From assembly GCA_039934415.1 (NCBI GenBank), contig JBDTME010000007.1:3955-67954 (forward strand): DNA of 64,000 bases, written 5' to 3'. Below are positions 10,262 through 19,765 of the stretch, one piece after another. The stretch's first letter is position 1; the number at the start of each line of letters is the position of its first letter. Position numbers and translations under genes: made by a program. The DNA comes from Patescibacteria group bacterium (GTDB lineage Bacteria; Patescibacteriota; Microgenomatia; UBA1400; PJMF01). The notes beneath the pieces are model-generated. The model saw only the letters and a list, made by a program, of their open reading frames with translations. It did no database searches and had not been told where the DNA came from.

Positions 10262-10768
10262 CTAAAATGGGATGTCATCACTGACATCTTCAACTTTAAT
10301 CTCTTCCATTGGCTCTGGTTCTGCTGCAGGAGCCGCTTTCTTTGGCTTACTTGCAACTGGTTCAGCTAAAGCTTCATCAGCTGGCATACCCATCGCGCCA
10401 TCGTCACTTGGAGTATAACTCCCACCATTACGTGAACTAAGTAACATCATGTTATCGATCACGATCTCGGTTGTTCGACGATCTTCACCTTCCTTTGTCT
10501 TCCAGTCTCGACTGCGAATTCGACCATCGACGTAGACTTTATCGCCTTTGTGGAGCAGTGATCCACAAATCTCGGCTAATTTTGACCAAGCTACAATGTT
10601 GTGAAACTCGGTTTCTTCTTGTCGCTCTCCACCATCACTTGGAACCCAACTGCGATTCGTGGCAATTCCAAACGTCCCTACCGCTGTACCAGTCGGTGTG
10701 AACCTCATTTGTGGATCTCGGGTTAAATTCCCGATCAACATCACTTTATTTAATGAACGGACTGACAT
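10262..10768 (-). CDS. ssb: Single-stranded DNA-binding protein
   Basis: OB-fold N-terminus (LNKVMLIGNLTRDPQMRFTPTGTAV), a disordered Gly/Pro-rich linker, and an acidic C-terminal tip DDIPF. Sits between rpsF and rpsR. Confidence 0.9.
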   Translation of the reverse strand: MSVRSLNKVMLIGNLTRDPQMRFTPTGTAVGTFGIATNRSWVPSDGGERQEETEFHNIVAWSKLAEICGSLLHKGDKVYVDGRIRSRDWKTKEGEDRRTTEIVIDNMMLLSSRNGGSYTPSDDGAMGMPADEALAEPVASKPKKAAPAAEPEPMEEIKVEDVSDDIPF

Positions 10769-10879
10769 AGTCCCTCCTTTTTCCCAGTCGAACGGCTCTT
10801 CAAGTGCTCATCTCTTATTCTGGGTCTCTTTAATATATAAGAACGAGTATATCCCCAATTCTTACAAGAAACTGACATC

Positions 10880-11227
10880 TTACTCTTCATTTTTCTTGTC
10901 TTCACTTGGCGTAGCTGCATCTCGAGCTTTTTTATAATGCTCTTCTTGGATTACAAATAAGTGTCGAATTGCTTGAGTGTTCAATCGAACGTCTTGGTTA
11001 AATGGTTCTACTTCAGCGGTATCAAGTTCGAGTGTGAAGAATAAGTAGTTGGCTTCATCAAACTTCTTGATTTCGTAAGACAATGGTCGTTTTCCCCAAT
11101 TCTCTACAGTGAGAACTTTGCCTTTGTGCTTTTTGATCAAGGTAATGAAAGATTCTTGGATGCTTTGGAGATCATGCTCCAAAAGTTCAGGAGAAAATAA
11201 TGCTACAAATTCATAGACTTTCGTCAT
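10880..11227 (-). CDS. rpsF: 30S ribosomal protein S6
   Basis: MTKVYEFVALFSPEL...ENWGKRPLSYEIKK...YLFFTLE matches bS6. The start is moved to the internal ATG (cat at 11225-11227), which follows AGAAAGG; the ORF track begins at 11251. Confidence 0.85.
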   Translation of the reverse strand: MTKVYEFVALFSPELLEHDLQSIQESFITLIKKHKGKVLTVENWGKRPLSYEIKKFDEANYLFFTLELDTAEVEPFNQDVRLNTQAIRHLFVIQEEHYKKARDAATPSEDKKNEE

Positions 11228-11347
11228 GGGTGCCTTTCTGTACCAACACAAGGCTTTGGATCCTGAGTTTCCTCAAGGAGTATTGGTAAGTATTAAGTTT
11301 GGTGATTATACCAAGAATCTCAGTCTAGAGCAAGCCAGGCAGGCAGA

Positions 11348-11740
11348 TTAGCGGCTTACAGTATGCTTCTGTAACCAGTTCACGATATCTTTCAAAGCTA
11401 AGCCTTCATTATCAACTGAAATACAAAACCGGACAATCTCCTCTTGAGAGGCTCTAATCTGATATCGGTTCAGATTTAGAAACCGAGAAACAATAGCAAA
11501 TGCAGTTCGTTTATTGCCATCAAGAAAAGCATGGTTCATGGTGAGAGAGTGCCATAAGGCTGCACCTTTCTCTAAAATATCCACATATAGATCTTCTCCA
11601 CCAAACGTTGCTTTACATCTCTCTAAAGCCGAGTGCAATAACGCGAAGTCTCTAATACCTTGCTTTCCACCTGCTTCATCAATAATGAACTCATGAATGT
11701 AAAGCACAGCTTCAATAGTTAAAGCTTGATAATTTGTCAT
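11348..11740 (-). CDS. doc: Doc/Fic-family toxin (death-on-curing type)
   Basis: 130 aa with the Fic/Doc motif HAFLDGNKRTAF (P1 Doc has HIFNDANKRTAL). Its start overlaps the upstream antitoxin stop as ATGA. Confidence 0.8.
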   Translation of the reverse strand: MTNYQALTIEAVLYIHEFIIDEAGGKQGIRDFALLHSALERCKATFGGEDLYVDILEKGAALWHSLTMNHAFLDGNKRTAFAIVSRFLNLNRYQIRASQEEIVRFCISVDNEGLALKDIVNWLQKHTVSR

Positions 11741-12054
11741 AAATTAGCCAATTTTTTTAAAGATTCTTTGTTCTCTTTAAGAAATTTTTTGGTCCATGCT
11801 TCTAATTCAGGCGTGATTGCGGAAGCCAACTTAGACTTGGCTTCATACTCCACAGCACCACCATCAGCAACCTTCATGACTCCATTGTCAGCTACGGGAG
11901 AATAACTCACGACTTTCTGATCTGGTTGATAGTTCACGGCAACTTGATCACCGGCTTTAACGCCAGTTTGCACAATAAAATCACTATCTAAAGTAATAGC
12001 GAGACTATTGCCAACCTTGATGATTTTTTGATATTTGAGTTTGCTGTTAGCCAT
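11737..12054 (-). CDS. AbrB/MazE-type (SpoVT_AbrB swapped-hairpin) antitoxin
   Basis: 105 aa. The N-terminal KIIKVGNSLAITLDSDFIV is typical of the AbrB/MazE DNA-binding fold. It is translationally coupled to doc downstream. Confidence 0.6.
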   Translation of the reverse strand: MANSKLKYQKIIKVGNSLAITLDSDFIVQTGVKAGDQVAVNYQPDQKVVSYSPVADNGVMKVADGGAVEYEAKSKLASAITPELEAWTKKFLKENKESLKKLANL

Positions 12055-12106
12055 AAATCTCCTTTGTTATAACGTAATGTTATAACATAAGGAGTCGCTT
12101 GTCAAC

Positions 12107-13195
12107 TCACTTCCCGATCATGAATTCCACCACGTCCCCTTCATTCATGACGTATTCTTTGCCTTCCATGCGCATTTTGCCGACGTCTTTGACGCCTTTC
12201 CAACCCTGGTACTGCACAAAATCTTCGTACGAGGAAATGTTGGCCTTGATGAAGTGTTTTTCAAAATCAGTGTGAATGACGGCAGCTGCTTGAGGTGCTC
12301 TCATACCTTGATGAATCGTCCACGCCCGTACCTCTAACTCTCCAGCGGTTAAAAAGCTTTGCAAACCGAGTAGCTGATAGGCTTTTTTGATTAAACGCTC
12401 GAGCCCACTCTGTTCTAAACCGAGATCCTTTAAATACGCTTTTTGATCGGTGTCGTCTAAACTTGATAGTTCTGACTCAATCTTGGCTGAAACGATCACA
12501 ATGGCTTCTTCAGATATACCCAGTTCTTTAGCTTGTGCCGCAGCTTGGGATTTGTCACCAACTACACCTTCGTCGACATTGACTACATATAACATCACTT
12601 TCGTTGACAAAAGTGATAATTCTTTGGCGACTCTAGCATGGTCTTCACTCTTTTGAGCAACTTCAAAAACTGCAGTGCGCAACCCAGCATCCGCAGCTTC
12701 TTTCAACTCAGAAACAATGCTCCAGCGCTCTTTTTCGGCTGAAGTAATCGAACTTTTCGGGGGTTTTTGTTTTTCTAAAGTAGCTAAATCTGCTAATAAT
12801 AATTCTGTCTCAATCGTTTCACGATCAGTTTTAGGATCGACACTCCCCTCTCGAATCACATCTGAATCAGTAAAGCCGCGAACCACATGACAAATCAGAT
12901 CAGTTTCGCGAATATGAGATAAAAATTGATTGCCGAGTCCGGCTCCTTCAGATGCTCCTTTGACCAAACCTGCGATATCGACAAATTCGACCGTAGCCGG
13001 CTTTAACACCGATGTATGAACGATCTTCGCCAACACGTCTAAACGCTCGTCTGGAACTGGCACAATGCCTGTATTAGGATCGATTGTGGCAAACGGATAG
13101 TTCGCCGCCAAAGCCTGCTGCCTTTTGAGCAAGGCATTAAATAACGTGGACTTCCCCACGTTTGGTAAACCGACTATGGCAACGGAAAGAGACAT
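12107..13195 (-). CDS. ychF: Ribosome-binding ATPase YchF (Obg-family)
   Basis: AIVGLPNVGKSTLFNAL...NYPFATIDPNTG (G1-G3 motifs), DLICHVVR, and a C-terminal TGS domain; 362 aa. Confidence 0.9.
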   Translation of the reverse strand: MSLSVAIVGLPNVGKSTLFNALLKRQQALAANYPFATIDPNTGIVPVPDERLDVLAKIVHTSVLKPATVEFVDIAGLVKGASEGAGLGNQFLSHIRETDLICHVVRGFTDSDVIREGSVDPKTDRETIETELLLADLATLEKQKPPKSSITSAEKERWSIVSELKEAADAGLRTAVFEVAQKSEDHARVAKELSLLSTKVMLYVVNVDEGVVGDKSQAAAQAKELGISEEAIVIVSAKIESELSSLDDTDQKAYLKDLGLEQSGLERLIKKAYQLLGLQSFLTAGELEVRAWTIHQGMRAPQAAAVIHTDFEKHFIKANISSYEDFVQYQGWKGVKDVGKMRMEGKEYVMNEGDVVEFMIGK

Positions 13196-13228
13196 GAGGT
13201 GGATTATAGCAGAGAGACAGCTCTTTTT

Positions 13229-14413
13229 TTAAAACGCGGATTCTTTATGAACGCCAGGGCGAAGCACTCGGAAAGAGAGTGCAAAACAAACTACCAATAA
13301 ACCTGCGCCAACTAAAAATGGAAATGGAATCGAGACGGTCGCAACTGCTCCACCCAAAATCGGTCCAATAATCATACCAATACTTTGATATGAAGCATTC
13401 AAACCTTGAATAGATCCTTGCGACTTTGAGTCGGCTTCTTGAGATAGAATCGTAGGAATAAGTGTCTGGGTAACACTATTAAACAATGCTAAGACAACCA
13501 TTGCCGCGATAAACATTGGAAGAGAGACTGAAAAGTACATCATCAAAAATGAGATAGCAGTAAAAACGATCGAAACTTGAAACGCCTTACGCATTCCCAA
13601 CGTCTTACTTATTCTCGCCACCAAGAAAGTTTGCGAGATCAGACCAATGAGACCAAAAATCGTAAATAAGACTGCGTTCAGGCTTGGACTGACGTGCAAG
13701 ATGTTCAGAGTAAATGGCTGGAATCCATAAATAAGAGCACATGCAAACGCCATAAAGAACACCAAAGAGATCAAAAAGGTTGCCCCAACGTTCGGGTCAA
13801 ACAAAGTCTTCCATAACAATTGAGGATCAAATAATTTTCCATCCTGAACTTCTCCCATATGCTTATTCGTTTCAGGTAAGAACAATGCGGTCAACACTAC
13901 GGCAACACAGGTGACAGCTCCAGCAATTAAAAATGGAACAGCTGTCCCAAACCCAACGGTGAATGCAGCCACGGCGGGACCAAACACGAATCCAAAGTTG
14001 AAGGCTGCACCAATCAAACCAAATGCTCTTGGTCGCTCCTCTGGTTTAGTCGTATCGGAAATGACTCCAAACGCCACAGGGATATTTCCAGCGGTCAATC
14101 CGTCCAAAGCACGAGCTAAGAAGAGAAAGATAGCACTGGGGGCGAACGCTAACATGAAAAATGATAGAGCTGTGCCTGTAATTGAGATCAAAAGTAATGG
14201 TCTTCGACCATATTTATCTGACATTCGACCAATAATTGGTGTTGAGATAAATTGACACACTGAGTACACGGCAAAAAGCAGTCCGTTTTGAAAATCACTG
14301 AGTCCAAATTTCTTCGAGTAAGCATACATGATTGGGATAATGATTCCATATCCCAACATGTTCACCATGGCGATCAAGGCAATAATAAGGAGATTACGAT
14401 TTGTTTTGAGCAT
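13229..14413 (-). CDS. MFS transporter (DHA1-like)
   Basis: 394 aa with 12 predicted TM helices. MFS signature in loop 2-3 (GRMSDKYGRRPLLL); the N-terminal half resembles drug:H+ antiporters. Confidence 0.8.
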   Translation of the reverse strand: MLKTNRNLLIIALIAMVNMLGYGIIIPIMYAYSKKFGLSDFQNGLLFAVYSVCQFISTPIIGRMSDKYGRRPLLLISITGTALSFFMLAFAPSAIFLFLARALDGLTAGNIPVAFGVISDTTKPEERPRAFGLIGAAFNFGFVFGPAVAAFTVGFGTAVPFLIAGAVTCVAVVLTALFLPETNKHMGEVQDGKLFDPQLLWKTLFDPNVGATFLISLVFFMAFACALIYGFQPFTLNILHVSPSLNAVLFTIFGLIGLISQTFLVARISKTLGMRKAFQVSIVFTAISFLMMYFSVSLPMFIAAMVVLALFNSVTQTLIPTILSQEADSKSQGSIQGLNASYQSIGMIIGPILGGAVATVSIPFPFLVGAGLLVVCFALSFRVLRPGVHKESAF

Positions 14414-14456
14414 AAGGTTTTTATTATACCAAAAAAAAAGGATAAAAATGGGGAGA

Positions 14457-15647
14457 TTACCTCGACAAGAAAGTCAGCGCTTTACCCAACTTTCCTGCTC
14501 GGCCTGTTCGGCCAATACGGTGAATATAGTCTTCGTAAGTCTGAGGTTCATCATAGTTAATGACGTGCGTAACATTTTCAATATCGATACCTCGAGCTGC
14601 CACATCTGTAGCAAGCAAGACTTGAACGTAGCCACCTTTAATATCTTGGAGCGAACGTTGACGAGCACCTTGAGTTTTGTTTCCGTGAATCGATGACACT
14701 CTAACCCCTCGAGAAACCAAGATCTCTTCCAACTTATTGATGCCATGCTTGGTTCGACCAAAAACGATGACTTTCTTGAATTCTGGTTGCTTCAATAACT
14801 CGTGCAAAACGTCAATCTTGTTACCACCTGGGGCAACTCGAACAACTTCTTGATGAATATGATTACTCGTCACCTTACTTTTGACGGTCACTTGGACTGG
14901 GTCTCGAAGTAAAGAACGCATAATGTCTTCAGTTTCCCGATTAATCGTGGCACTGAAAAAGGCAGACTGTCGTACTTCTGGTAATTTTGAGATCAAAAAC
15001 TTGATGTCTTTGACAAAACCAATATCGAGCATTCGATCAACTTCATCTAAGACGATGTTGGTGAACATTCTGGTATCAAAAGCTCCTCGATTGATCAAAT
15101 CCTTGATACGACCTGGAGTTCCAATCACGAAATGTGGATTAGTGCGTAAGCGTTGAACTTGTTTATCTAAACTAGCTCCCCCGATACACAAACAGACTCC
15201 AATTTTGAGCCCGTTGCTGAACGCTAGTAATTCCTCTTGAATTTGCAGCGCGAGCTCTCGAGTTGGAGCCAGAATGAGTGCACCTTGTTGAGGGTCCAAG
15301 ATGATTTTATGAAGTAAAGGGAGTAAAAAGGCAGCGGTTTTACCCGTGCCAGTATTGGCAATACCTACGACATCTCGCCCTTCCATCAATGATGGGATGG
15401 TTTGATCTTGAATAGGAGTTGGTACGTCATACCCATGTGTGCGAACATTTTGAATCAATTTTGGATCCAAGTTAAATTCGTCAAATGTGTGTTGAGACAC
15501 GTACACCTCTTGTGTCTCTTGCTCAACAGCTTTATTAACGTATTTAGATGGATCGACAGTCGAAACTTGTGAGAATCGACCTCGACTCTGAGGTTGGCGC
15601 CGTCTGGGACTAAAAGAACCAGAACGCCCTTGATATGGGTAAGACAT
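14457..15647 (-). CDS. DEAD-box ATP-dependent RNA helicase
   Basis: Q-motif (FDEFNLDPKLIQNV...TPIQ), motif I ANTGTGKT, DEVD(RM), SAT, and motif VI HRIGRTGRAG. An Arg-rich N-terminal extension is present. The C-terminus ends shortly after motif VI. Confidence 0.9.
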   Translation of the reverse strand: MSYPYQGRSGSFSPRRRQPQSRGRFSQVSTVDPSKYVNKAVEQETQEVYVSQHTFDEFNLDPKLIQNVRTHGYDVPTPIQDQTIPSLMEGRDVVGIANTGTGKTAAFLLPLLHKIILDPQQGALILAPTRELALQIQEELLAFSNGLKIGVCLCIGGASLDKQVQRLRTNPHFVIGTPGRIKDLINRGAFDTRMFTNIVLDEVDRMLDIGFVKDIKFLISKLPEVRQSAFFSATINRETEDIMRSLLRDPVQVTVKSKVTSNHIHQEVVRVAPGGNKIDVLHELLKQPEFKKVIVFGRTKHGINKLEEILVSRGVRVSSIHGNKTQGARQRSLQDIKGGYVQVLLATDVAARGIDIENVTHVINYDEPQTYEDYIHRIGRTGRAGKLGKALTFLSR

Positions 15648-15756
15648 ACTTCCTTTGACTTATTACGGAGAGAATGACATTGTCGTGCTCTAGCAGGACT
15701 TCAAACCGAAGATCTACAGTATAGCATGGATTATCCTATAATGCAAAAGAGGCCCC

Positions 15757-15960
15757 CTACTCCTCTTTCATCTTGTAAACAAAATTGACTCTGTGTTTTT
15801 TGTTTAGTAACTTTGCGGCGTATGCTTCTAACTCCTGATTCTGGGGAGTGACAGTAAATGTGCTGTGCCAATAATCTACTTCCAAGTTAAAAGTCTTCTC
15901 TTCCTCATCAACTGCAATATATGTCGCTTTATTTAGATAAAACTCGGTAATTTTTTTCAT
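15757..15960 (-). CDS. Hypothetical small protein (67 aa)
   Basis: ORF-track 71-aa ORF trimmed to the internal ATG (MKKITEFYLNK...), which is preceded by a GGGAGA SD. No recognisable domain. Confidence 0.4.
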   Translation of the reverse strand: MKKITEFYLNKATYIAVDEEEKTFNLEVDYWHSTFTVTPQNQELEAYAAKLLNKKHRVNFVYKMKEE

Positions 15961-15971
15961 GTTTTCTCCCA

Positions 15972-15998
15972 TAAAAAAAGCTCCTCTGGTGGGAGCTC
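15972..15998 (-). terminator. Intrinsic terminator-like hairpin (minus orientation)
   Basis: agctcc-tctggtg-ggagct: a 6-bp stem followed on the minus strand by U7. It lies about 120 nt downstream of the XRE/62-aa gene pair and immediately upstream of the 67-aa gene. Confidence 0.45.
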
Positions 15999-16116
15999 TG
16001 ATTAAATATAAAAAGACTCCCTATTGGATAAAGGAGTTACAACAAATAGATCGGAAACTAAGCGTATTCATTGGGTAAATTGTAGCGTTTTTATAAAAGA
16101 AAGCAAGAATTCTGTG

Positions 16117-16305
16117 TCAACTTTTGTCACTCTCTAAACCCATTCTGCGAAACACTTCATAGAAATTGATTGACCATCCCCAACCAAATACGTGCGGTGT
16201 GAATATCCTGTGATCGGCTGGATTCCACATGCGTTCTTTGATCACAGCCCAAGTGGGTTTTCGCAAATCATACGGAATGCCTAAAAATGTCCCGATTTTG
16301 TTCAT
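16117..16305 (-). CDS. Hypothetical small protein (62 aa), Trp-rich
   Basis: MNKIGTFLGIPYDLRKPTWAVIKERMWNPADHRIFTPHVFGWGWSINFYEVF. It is compact and Trp/aromatic-rich. I have a vague recollection of this as a small conserved domain (DUF5808-like) but cannot verify it. Immediately downstream of the XRE regulator. Confidence 0.4.
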   Translation of the reverse strand: MNKIGTFLGIPYDLRKPTWAVIKERMWNPADHRIFTPHVFGWGWSINFYEVFRRMGLESDKS

Positions 16306-16318
16306 GCTGTTCCCCTCG

Positions 16319-16606
16319 TTACTTCTTCTTCAATTCTTCCAGAATTTTTTTGATTTCTCTGAATTGTTGCTCCACCTCTGATAATTTCGCCAAAATGGTT
16401 GACTCCATACTGTCTTCCAAAAAATAATTCAGCGATTGATCTGTCTTGGCAGCAATTTTTTCCAACACTTTTAATGGTGGACTAATTCGCTCGGATTCAT
16501 AAGCAGAAATTGATTTATCAGACACACCAATCGCTTTAGCTAAGTCTTCTTGGGTGACTTGCTTGTATTTGCGAGCTTCTCGAATTTTTTGACCAACTCT
16601 AATCAT
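16319..16606 (-). CDS. XRE-family helix-turn-helix transcriptional regulator
   Basis: KIREARKYKQVTQEDLAKAIGVSDKSISAYESERISP is a Cro/C1-type HTH; there is a C-terminal coiled coil. Confidence 0.75.
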   Translation of the reverse strand: MIRVGQKIREARKYKQVTQEDLAKAIGVSDKSISAYESERISPPLKVLEKIAAKTDQSLNYFLEDSMESTILAKLSEVEQQFREIKKILEELKKK

Positions 16607-16706
16607 ATATATTTAAAACGCGGTGCTAGATCAAACAAATTTGCTATTGACAATAAAACGCTTCGTTGATTAAACTCTATTCTTATTAGAATTAATTCTA
16701 TTTAAA

Positions 16707-17075
16707 ATGGAAAAAATCCTCCTCATTGTCCTCGATTGGAATCTGCGTCAATTATATCATGAGCTGTTACTCACAAGGAATCTTGAAGTAACGCCTATAG
16801 ACAGCATTGAAGATGCAATTGTACTCCTTTCTTTGGGTCAGTTTGAAACCATTGTCTTGTACACAGACGAACAATCACACAACCAGGTACTCACTCTATT
16901 AAGACTCAGAAAAAAATATCCACGATGGCAGAATTTAAAATTCATCATTCTCTCGGCGGATAGTGACGCGTTTCGACAGGAGTTGAACGAAGCAGACTTG
17001 ATCATCAATCCACTTCTGGATTCACCAGTTCAAGTTACAGACAAGATCAAGAAATTCATCAACGATACAATTTAA
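16707..17075 (+). CDS. Stand-alone receiver (CheY-like) domain protein, atypical
   Basis: A 122-aa (beta-alpha)5-like pattern (ILLIVLD..., TIVLYTD54, FIILSA). The N-terminal acidic pair and the conserved Lys appear replaced (LDW; INP), so it may be a pseudo-receiver. No output domain. Confidence 0.5.
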   Translation: MEKILLIVLDWNLRQLYHELLLTRNLEVTPIDSIEDAIVLLSLGQFETIVLYTDEQSHNQVLTLLRLRKKYPRWQNLKFIILSADSDAFRQELNEADLIINPLLDSPVQVTDKIKKFINDTI

Positions 17076-17080
17076 AATAA

Positions 17081-18160
17081 CTACTCAGCCAAATGCTGTT
17101 TGTAAAACCGCACAGTATTGGACATGGCTTTACTAAAACTGGCTCCAGTAATATTATGCCCACCGCTAGGATACTCGTTGAGCTCATGTGGGACCGTTGT
17201 TTGATCTAGTAATGAATTTAAATCTCTACTGTACCCAATATTTACGACTGTATCGTCAGTCGCGTGGTTGAGTTGGATAGAACCTTTCAGATCATTCAAG
17301 TAGTTCGTTGGGGCCACCAATTTCCAAAACGGACTGTCGACCACAAACTGCCCATACTGCTCCATCAACTGTTTACGTTTATTTTGCTGCTCTGCATTAT
17401 TAGTCGGAGGTCGATAACTATTATCATTAATTCCATACTTGAGTTGATCGCCATACGAATAGACTGCTCCCGCCCAAATTACGACAGCCGGAATTTCTGG
17501 TTTAGCCGCAAAACTCCTCAAAACAACATTCCCTGCCATACTGTGTCCCCATAACCCAATCCTACTCGGATTCACAAACTCAGTATGTTGCAATGCTGTA
17601 TACGCATTCAAGGTATCGACAATATAATCACCTGAGAAGTAAGCTCCACTTGGCGTTCCTTCTGATTCTCCATTCCCTCGAAGATCGATCTTAAACACCA
17701 CAAACCCATTTCTCGCTAGGTTATCGACATACTCTACATATTTTTCAGTTGTTTTATAAATAGTTGGTGGAATGTAGCCATGCACAAATACGATAGCCGG
17801 CCATCCACCAGCAGGCATCTCCCCTTTCGGCTGCGTCAATAACCCTTTAATCTTCAAATCATCAGAATCATAGCTCGTGAGGTAACTAGTATATGTAGCA
17901 TGATCTTGATATTTTTCGAGTTCACCTAAATGGCTTTCATACTCTCTTGTCCGTAAGTATGGAATTGTTAAATCAGCAAAAGGCATGATTACTCTTGGAT
18001 ACAAGGAAACCTCTTCATTTTCTAAAGAGTTTGAAGAATTAGACAGCGCATTTAACGTTTGAGAAAGAGCTGGTTCAAATTTTTTATTGTTGAGTAGAAA
18101 TACAATAGCTGTAGTTGTAACAACACCCAAAAGTATGATGAGGATCAGTTTTTTTTCCAT
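17081..18160 (-). CDS. Secreted/membrane-anchored alpha/beta hydrolase (S9/dienelactone hydrolase-like)
   Basis: N-terminal TM or signal (LILIILLGVVTTTAIVFLL) and a nucleophile elbow GLWGHSMAGNVV (GxSxG); 359 aa. Confidence 0.7.
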   Translation of the reverse strand: MEKKLILIILLGVVTTTAIVFLLNNKKFEPALSQTLNALSNSSNSLENEEVSLYPRVIMPFADLTIPYLRTREYESHLGELEKYQDHATYTSYLTSYDSDDLKIKGLLTQPKGEMPAGGWPAIVFVHGYIPPTIYKTTEKYVEYVDNLARNGFVVFKIDLRGNGESEGTPSGAYFSGDYIVDTLNAYTALQHTEFVNPSRIGLWGHSMAGNVVLRSFAAKPEIPAVVIWAGAVYSYGDQLKYGINDNSYRPPTNNAEQQNKRKQLMEQYGQFVVDSPFWKLVAPTNYLNDLKGSIQLNHATDDTVVNIGYSRDLNSLLDQTTVPHELNEYPSGGHNITGASFSKAMSNTVRFYKQHLAE

Positions 18161-18666
18161 GGTAACCGTCTTTTTGTCACTTGTGTGCCCTGCGGTAGTA
18201 CTTGTTTGGTCTTCCTACTTTCTAACGCTTCATTGATGAGCAACACTTGGTTTGTGGGAATCAGCGGTAAATTTTCAAAACTAAAAAAACCATACTCTGT
18301 TACTTCTGAACTCGGATGAAACTCTCCACCGATAAACTCACCGACCACACAGATATCTAGCCGCGCAGTTTCTCGATCTGTTCTCACTTTAATTTGATGA
18401 TCACCACTAACGATCAATCCCGATTCTTCTTCGATTTCACGCTCTAACCCTTCTTGGGGATGCTCTTTTTGTTTTAAATATCCACCTGGCAAACTCCACT
18501 GTACCGCTCGATACGTATGTTTAAAAACTAAAATCTCGTTTTCTTTATTGAAAATAATTCCAGTCACACCAATTAAAAAATTATCCTGAAGCACTCTCAT
18601 GATTGAGAGCTGAAGTCCTTTTGGAAATTGAAGATATCGCCAGAGTTTCGCCAACTGTTTTTTCAA
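18145..18666 (-). CDS. NUDIX hydrolase
   Basis: Nudix box GGYLKQKEHPQEGLEREIEEESGL (Gx5Ex7REuxEExGu). It overlaps the downstream gene by 16 nt, and its start overlaps the upstream stop by 4 nt. Confidence 0.85.
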   Translation of the reverse strand: MKKQLAKLWRYLQFPKGLQLSIMRVLQDNFLIGVTGIIFNKENEILVFKHTYRAVQWSLPGGYLKQKEHPQEGLEREIEEESGLIVSGDHQIKVRTDRETARLDICVVGEFIGGEFHPSSEVTEYGFFSFENLPLIPTNQVLLINEALESRKTKQVLPQGTQVTKRRLPWKKN

Positions 18667-19001
18667 AGCGATTTCTCATCTACAACTTTTACTTTTTTAC
18701 GAAGTGACTCGTTTTCTAATTCGAGTTGATGGATCTCTCTAGTCAATAGAACTAACTCTTCTTTGACTGACTTGAGTTTTTTATTCTTGCCTCGTAGTTT
18801 AAATTTAGTGGGAATGCTCCCAATAAAAGTTATTAACCAACTCATCGAAACTCCAATCAAAAAAGTAAAGACAACGACCAAGTACAATGGCACATTTTGC
18901 CAAGAGCGAAACACTAACGACACTTCCACCAGTTGTGTATTTTGAATCGCAAAAATTGCAACTACGATTCCAGAAATGATGTAAGCAATCCAAGTAAGCA
19001 T
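18663..19001 (-). CDS. LapA-domain (DUF1049-like) small membrane protein with C-terminal coiled coil
   Basis: IISGIVVAIFAIQNTQLVEVSLVFRSWQNVPLYLVVVFTFLIGV matches the LapA-domain pattern (two TM helices around a QN motif); the C-terminus is charged and helical. Confidence 0.55.
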   Translation of the reverse strand: MLTWIAYIISGIVVAIFAIQNTQLVEVSLVFRSWQNVPLYLVVVFTFLIGVSMSWLITFIGSIPTKFKLRGKNKKLKSVKEELVLLTREIHQLELENESLRKKVKVVDEKSL

Positions 19002-19111
19002 AAGAATCTAATAATTAATACAAATATGCGTCTAGTATACCTTGTTTTGTCCGAAAGCCATATGAACTGTCTCTGATATAATCAATACAACACTAGTTTT
19101 GAAAGGTCTTC

Positions 19112-19765
19112 ATGAAAAAAAGTACGCTGCTGACTGGTTTAGTGCTTGGTTCAATTGTGTTAGCGGGATGCAAAGCACAAACGCCAACAACTACTGATAA
19201 CACTCCCACTGACTCAACAAAAGGTGGATCAACAACTGACAAGATGAAATCTTGGGCTGACGCGGTAAAAATCGGGGGTGGATTGAAATGCACTATGACT
19301 GATAACAAAACAAGTAAAACCGTTAATTACTTGGCTAAAGGCAGAAAAACTCACATGTCTGGGCAAGGCTTGGCCAGTAGCGACGCAAAATCTTCAAGTG
19401 AGATTATCATGGACGGCGAGTTCGTCTATATGTGGGATACCACCAAAAAAGAAGGCGTCAAAATGACGATGCCTACTGAAGAGGAAATCAAAGCAGCACA
19501 AAATGCGAACAACAATCTCAAGGATGTGCCTGACACACTCGATTTTTCAAACCCCGATACGATGAAGAAATTTGAAGATGAGAATACCAATGTCGACTGT
19601 TCCCCGGCTATTATCAGTGATGCTGAGTTTGTTCCACCAACTGAAGTAAAATTTCAGGACTTCAGTGCCATGATGAAAAACTCCATGCAAAAAGTACAAG
19701 AAGGCATGAGTGACAGTCAGAAAAAAGAAGTTCAAGACGCAATGAAACAATACAGCAATCAGTAG
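19112..19765 (+). CDS. Lipoprotein, hypothetical
   Basis: MKKSTLLTGLVLGSIVLAGC carries a lipobox (LAGC). The mature protein is Thr/Asp/Lys-rich with no recognisable domain. Confidence 0.6.
   Translation: MKKSTLLTGLVLGSIVLAGCKAQTPTTTDNTPTDSTKGGSTTDKMKSWADAVKIGGGLKCTMTDNKTSKTVNYLAKGRKTHMSGQGLASSDAKSSSEIIMDGEFVYMWDTTKKEGVKMTMPTEEEIKAAQNANNNLKDVPDTLDFSNPDTMKKFEDENTNVDCSPAIISDAEFVPPTEVKFQDFSAMMKNSMQKVQEGMSDSQKKEVQDAMKQYSNQ

Noticed and set aside
15741-15768. Hairpin AAAGAGG-(9 nt)-CCTCTTT at the 3' end of the 67-aa gene, considered as a terminator
   Set aside because: There is no U-tract on either strand after the stem. The 9-nt loop and the position overlapping the stop codon make an intrinsic terminator unlikely.
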